The notes under the pieces: model-generated | Database searches by the model: none | What the model saw: only the letters and a program-made list of their open reading frames with translations | Told to the model about the DNA's origin: nothing | DNA from: a virus | Virus record (IMG/VR): IMGVR_UViG_3300017991_000052 | Direction: 5' to 3' (one strand) | Length of the DNA stretch: 64,000 bases | Part shown: positions 61,955 through 64,000 of the stretch, piece by piece | How the letters are laid out: each line of letters begins with the position of its first letter | Numbering within the stretch: the stretch's first letter is position 1 | Made by a program: the position numbers and the translations under genes

Positions 61955-62772
61955 AACAAAGAAATTCTTAGAAAAGATCATAGATGATCTTGAAGAAATA
62001 AGGGAATGCGATCGAGCTGGATATATAGTTGATATTGAGTTACATAAAGTAATAGAAGATATTAGAAAGTTTATAAGGTGATGTTATGAATAAATTAAAT
62101 AATCCGTATTTGAATTATATTAAATACATTTTAGACATGTTAGTTATTATTCAAGAAATGAATGATAGTGGTGAAGAAATAGATGATGATCTTGATGAAA
62201 TGATATTTAATATTAGTGGATATTTGCAGAATGAAAGTCAAGAAAGTGAAAAAGAAAATGAATAAGTTTAGAGAATTAGAACAACAAATGCGAAGAGTGT
62301 GTAGGAGATTATCTTGGAGAAGAGCCGTACAAACTCAGATCATAAATGATATAAATGATAATGGGATTGAAAGAAAAAAAAGATATAAACTATACACTAC
62401 ACAACATATTTATAGTATAATAGCTTGTGATCGAGATTGGGATGAGGGATATTTGGGTTGTACAGTAGCAACTAGAAAACCATTAGCTGGAGAAGATTGG
62501 AATAGAGGCAGTGATCTAGCTGATGGTAAATTCACAATGGGTACTTGGATAAAAATATTAGAGGATATAGTTGGATATGAGTTAGAACCAATCTCAGAAA
62601 CAGTATTGCAAAGGAACTTAAATGATGAGAGCGGAGTTTTGCGAGAGGTGTAAACATTATAAAATGATCGATTCTGGTTATGGGAACTGTTTAGAAAGTC
62701 CTCCACAGCCAGTGATGAGGGAAAAAAAAGTATCATGGGAATACCCATGTATAGCATGGAACAGGGAAGTAT

Positions 62773-63186
62773 GTGGTAGATATGAATCTAGACCAGAATT
62801 TAGGGAAGAAGAAACGCATATTCATATTAGAAGATAACGAACTTCGACGAGTTCGATTTCGTGAATTTTTTGAAGGCCATGATGTTACTTACACAGAAGA
62901 TTCAAATGAAGCAATAAAGATATTGAGAAAAGAAAAATTTGATTATTTATTCTTAGATCATGATCTTGGTGGAATGGTCTATGTTGACAGCGGAGAACCC
63001 AATACCGGATATCAAGTAGCAAAAATAATACCTGAAACAGAAAATAAAAATGCAAGAATTGTTATACATTCATGGAATCCCGAGGGAGCAAAGAATATGA
63101 TGGAAGCTCTTAACGGGTGTATTGTTAAATATAGTCCTTTTGGTATGTTTGGTAAAAATGCACTTGATTGGCGATGGTACTCCTGA
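62773..63186 (+). CDS. Stand-alone receiver-like domain (cyclic-phosphate-processing type)
   Basis: IFILEDN, DYLFLDHDLG, TGY, VIHSWNP.GA..M. Confidence 0.7.
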   Translation: MVDMNLDQNLGKKKRIFILEDNELRRVRFREFFEGHDVTYTEDSNEAIKILRKEKFDYLFLDHDLGGMVYVDSGEPNTGYQVAKIIPETENKNARIVIHSWNPEGAKNMMEALNGCIVKYSPFGMFGKNALDWRWYS

Positions 63187-63887
63187 AAGGACTTATAAAT
63201 GAATATGGAATGTTGCGAAGTAGATGCTATTATTATAGCTGATCTAATTCGCTGGAAAATGAATATAACACATCCAGAACATAATTACTATACAAAATTA
63301 AAAAATATATTAGGTAAATTGGAATTAATATTTGGTGATATATTACATAAAGATTGGGAAATGGTTGAATTACAACAACAAATGATTAATGATGGAAATA
63401 AGTAAGGAGTGAGTTATGTCACATCAATTGATAAATGGGAATGTTATAGTGGATTGGACTACTGGAGATCCAGAAGGAGATAGAGCTTATCTATTTCAAG
63501 CTTATAGAAATTTTTTAAAAGAATTAAAAGCATTAGATAATATTGAAGTTAATGATATATTTAGTAAATGGAAGGTCGAATTTTTAGAATTAGATGATTT
63601 TCCAAGGATTAATATTGAATATCCTGAAAATTTTTCTGCAGAGTTAAAGGAAACTAAATTACATAATCAATCTCGATATTAATAATGGTTACGATTGTTT
63701 TGCTTAAAGATTTTGATGAGCTCAAAAAAGGACAAGAATTTAAAGTAGAAGATAATTGGCGATACATAAATATTAAATTTGGTAGAGGGCATAGACATAT
63801 TTCAAGGGATTATATATTATTAAATAAAGACATTTTTAAAATCCTTGAATAAATAAATATATAAAAAAAATAAAAGGAGGAATAGTT

Positions 63888-64000
63888 ATGCCAGGATTTG
63901 ATAGAACAGGTCCAGCTGGTGAGGGACCAAAAACAGGATGGGGTGATGGTCCTTGTCCAGGAGAGCCAAGAAGAAAATTACCAAGACAAGTACGAAGAGG
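63888..64000 (+). CDS. DUF5320-like protein (runs off window)
   Basis: MPGFDRTGPAGEGPKTGWGDGPC; SD AGGAGG. Confidence 0.65.
   Translation, partial: MPGFDRTGPAGEGPKTGWGDGPCPGEPRRKLPRQVRR

Noticed and set aside
1760-62757. All minus-strand ORFs in the track
   Set aside because: Short F/L/I/S-rich shadows of + strand genes or antisense to tRNAs (e.g. 57926-58207, 61095-61355); no recognisable motifs.
19707-63682. Near-miss tails (IKIEGI at 20252, LHNQSRY at 63682, WEGCSI at 36122)
   Set aside because: Deviate at core positions; not counted as tagged.
1-64000. Stop-codon reassignment or suppressor tRNAs
   Set aside because: Known genes are full length in code 11 and end in TAA, TAG and TGA; the TAG/TAA/TGA triplets seen are Leu/Ser anticodons, not suppressors.
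1-64000. CRISPR array or cas locus (760-1581 is Cas4-like)
   Set aside because: No repeat-spacer array seen; the nuclease sits in a recombination cluster.

Overview
A 64-kb, very AT-rich, densely packed segment with all credible genes on the + strand. It is most consistent with a large (jumbo-type) bacteriophage of an anaerobic bacterium, using the standard code, GGAGG-type Shine-Dalgarno sites and sigma70-like promoters. No core virion morphogenesis operon is in the window. It contains recombination nucleases, six GT2 glycosyltransferase domains, a class III RNR whose glycyl-radical tail is a separate 46-aa gene, and a ubiquitin-like operon (Ubl-GG, E2-like, JAB, E1) coupled to a ClpC-type unfoldase. 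It also carries 24 tRNAs covering all 20 amino acids, tRNA maturation/repair enzymes (CCA enzyme, an RtcB split by a homing endonuclease) and several unannotated structured RNAs, one of about 900 nt. The most striking signal is that about 34 otherwise unrelated small proteins, 26 of them within 42.9-52.8 kb, end in the same peptide, [ILVF]-x-[DNE]-[EQ]-S-[ILVM]-COOH, encoded by varied synonymous codons. Three of these genes flank clpC. My inference is a phage-encoded C-terminal tag system (degron or adaptor-docking motif) that may feed the phage's own Ubl/ClpC machinery. All calls come from reading motifs by eye; no searches were run.
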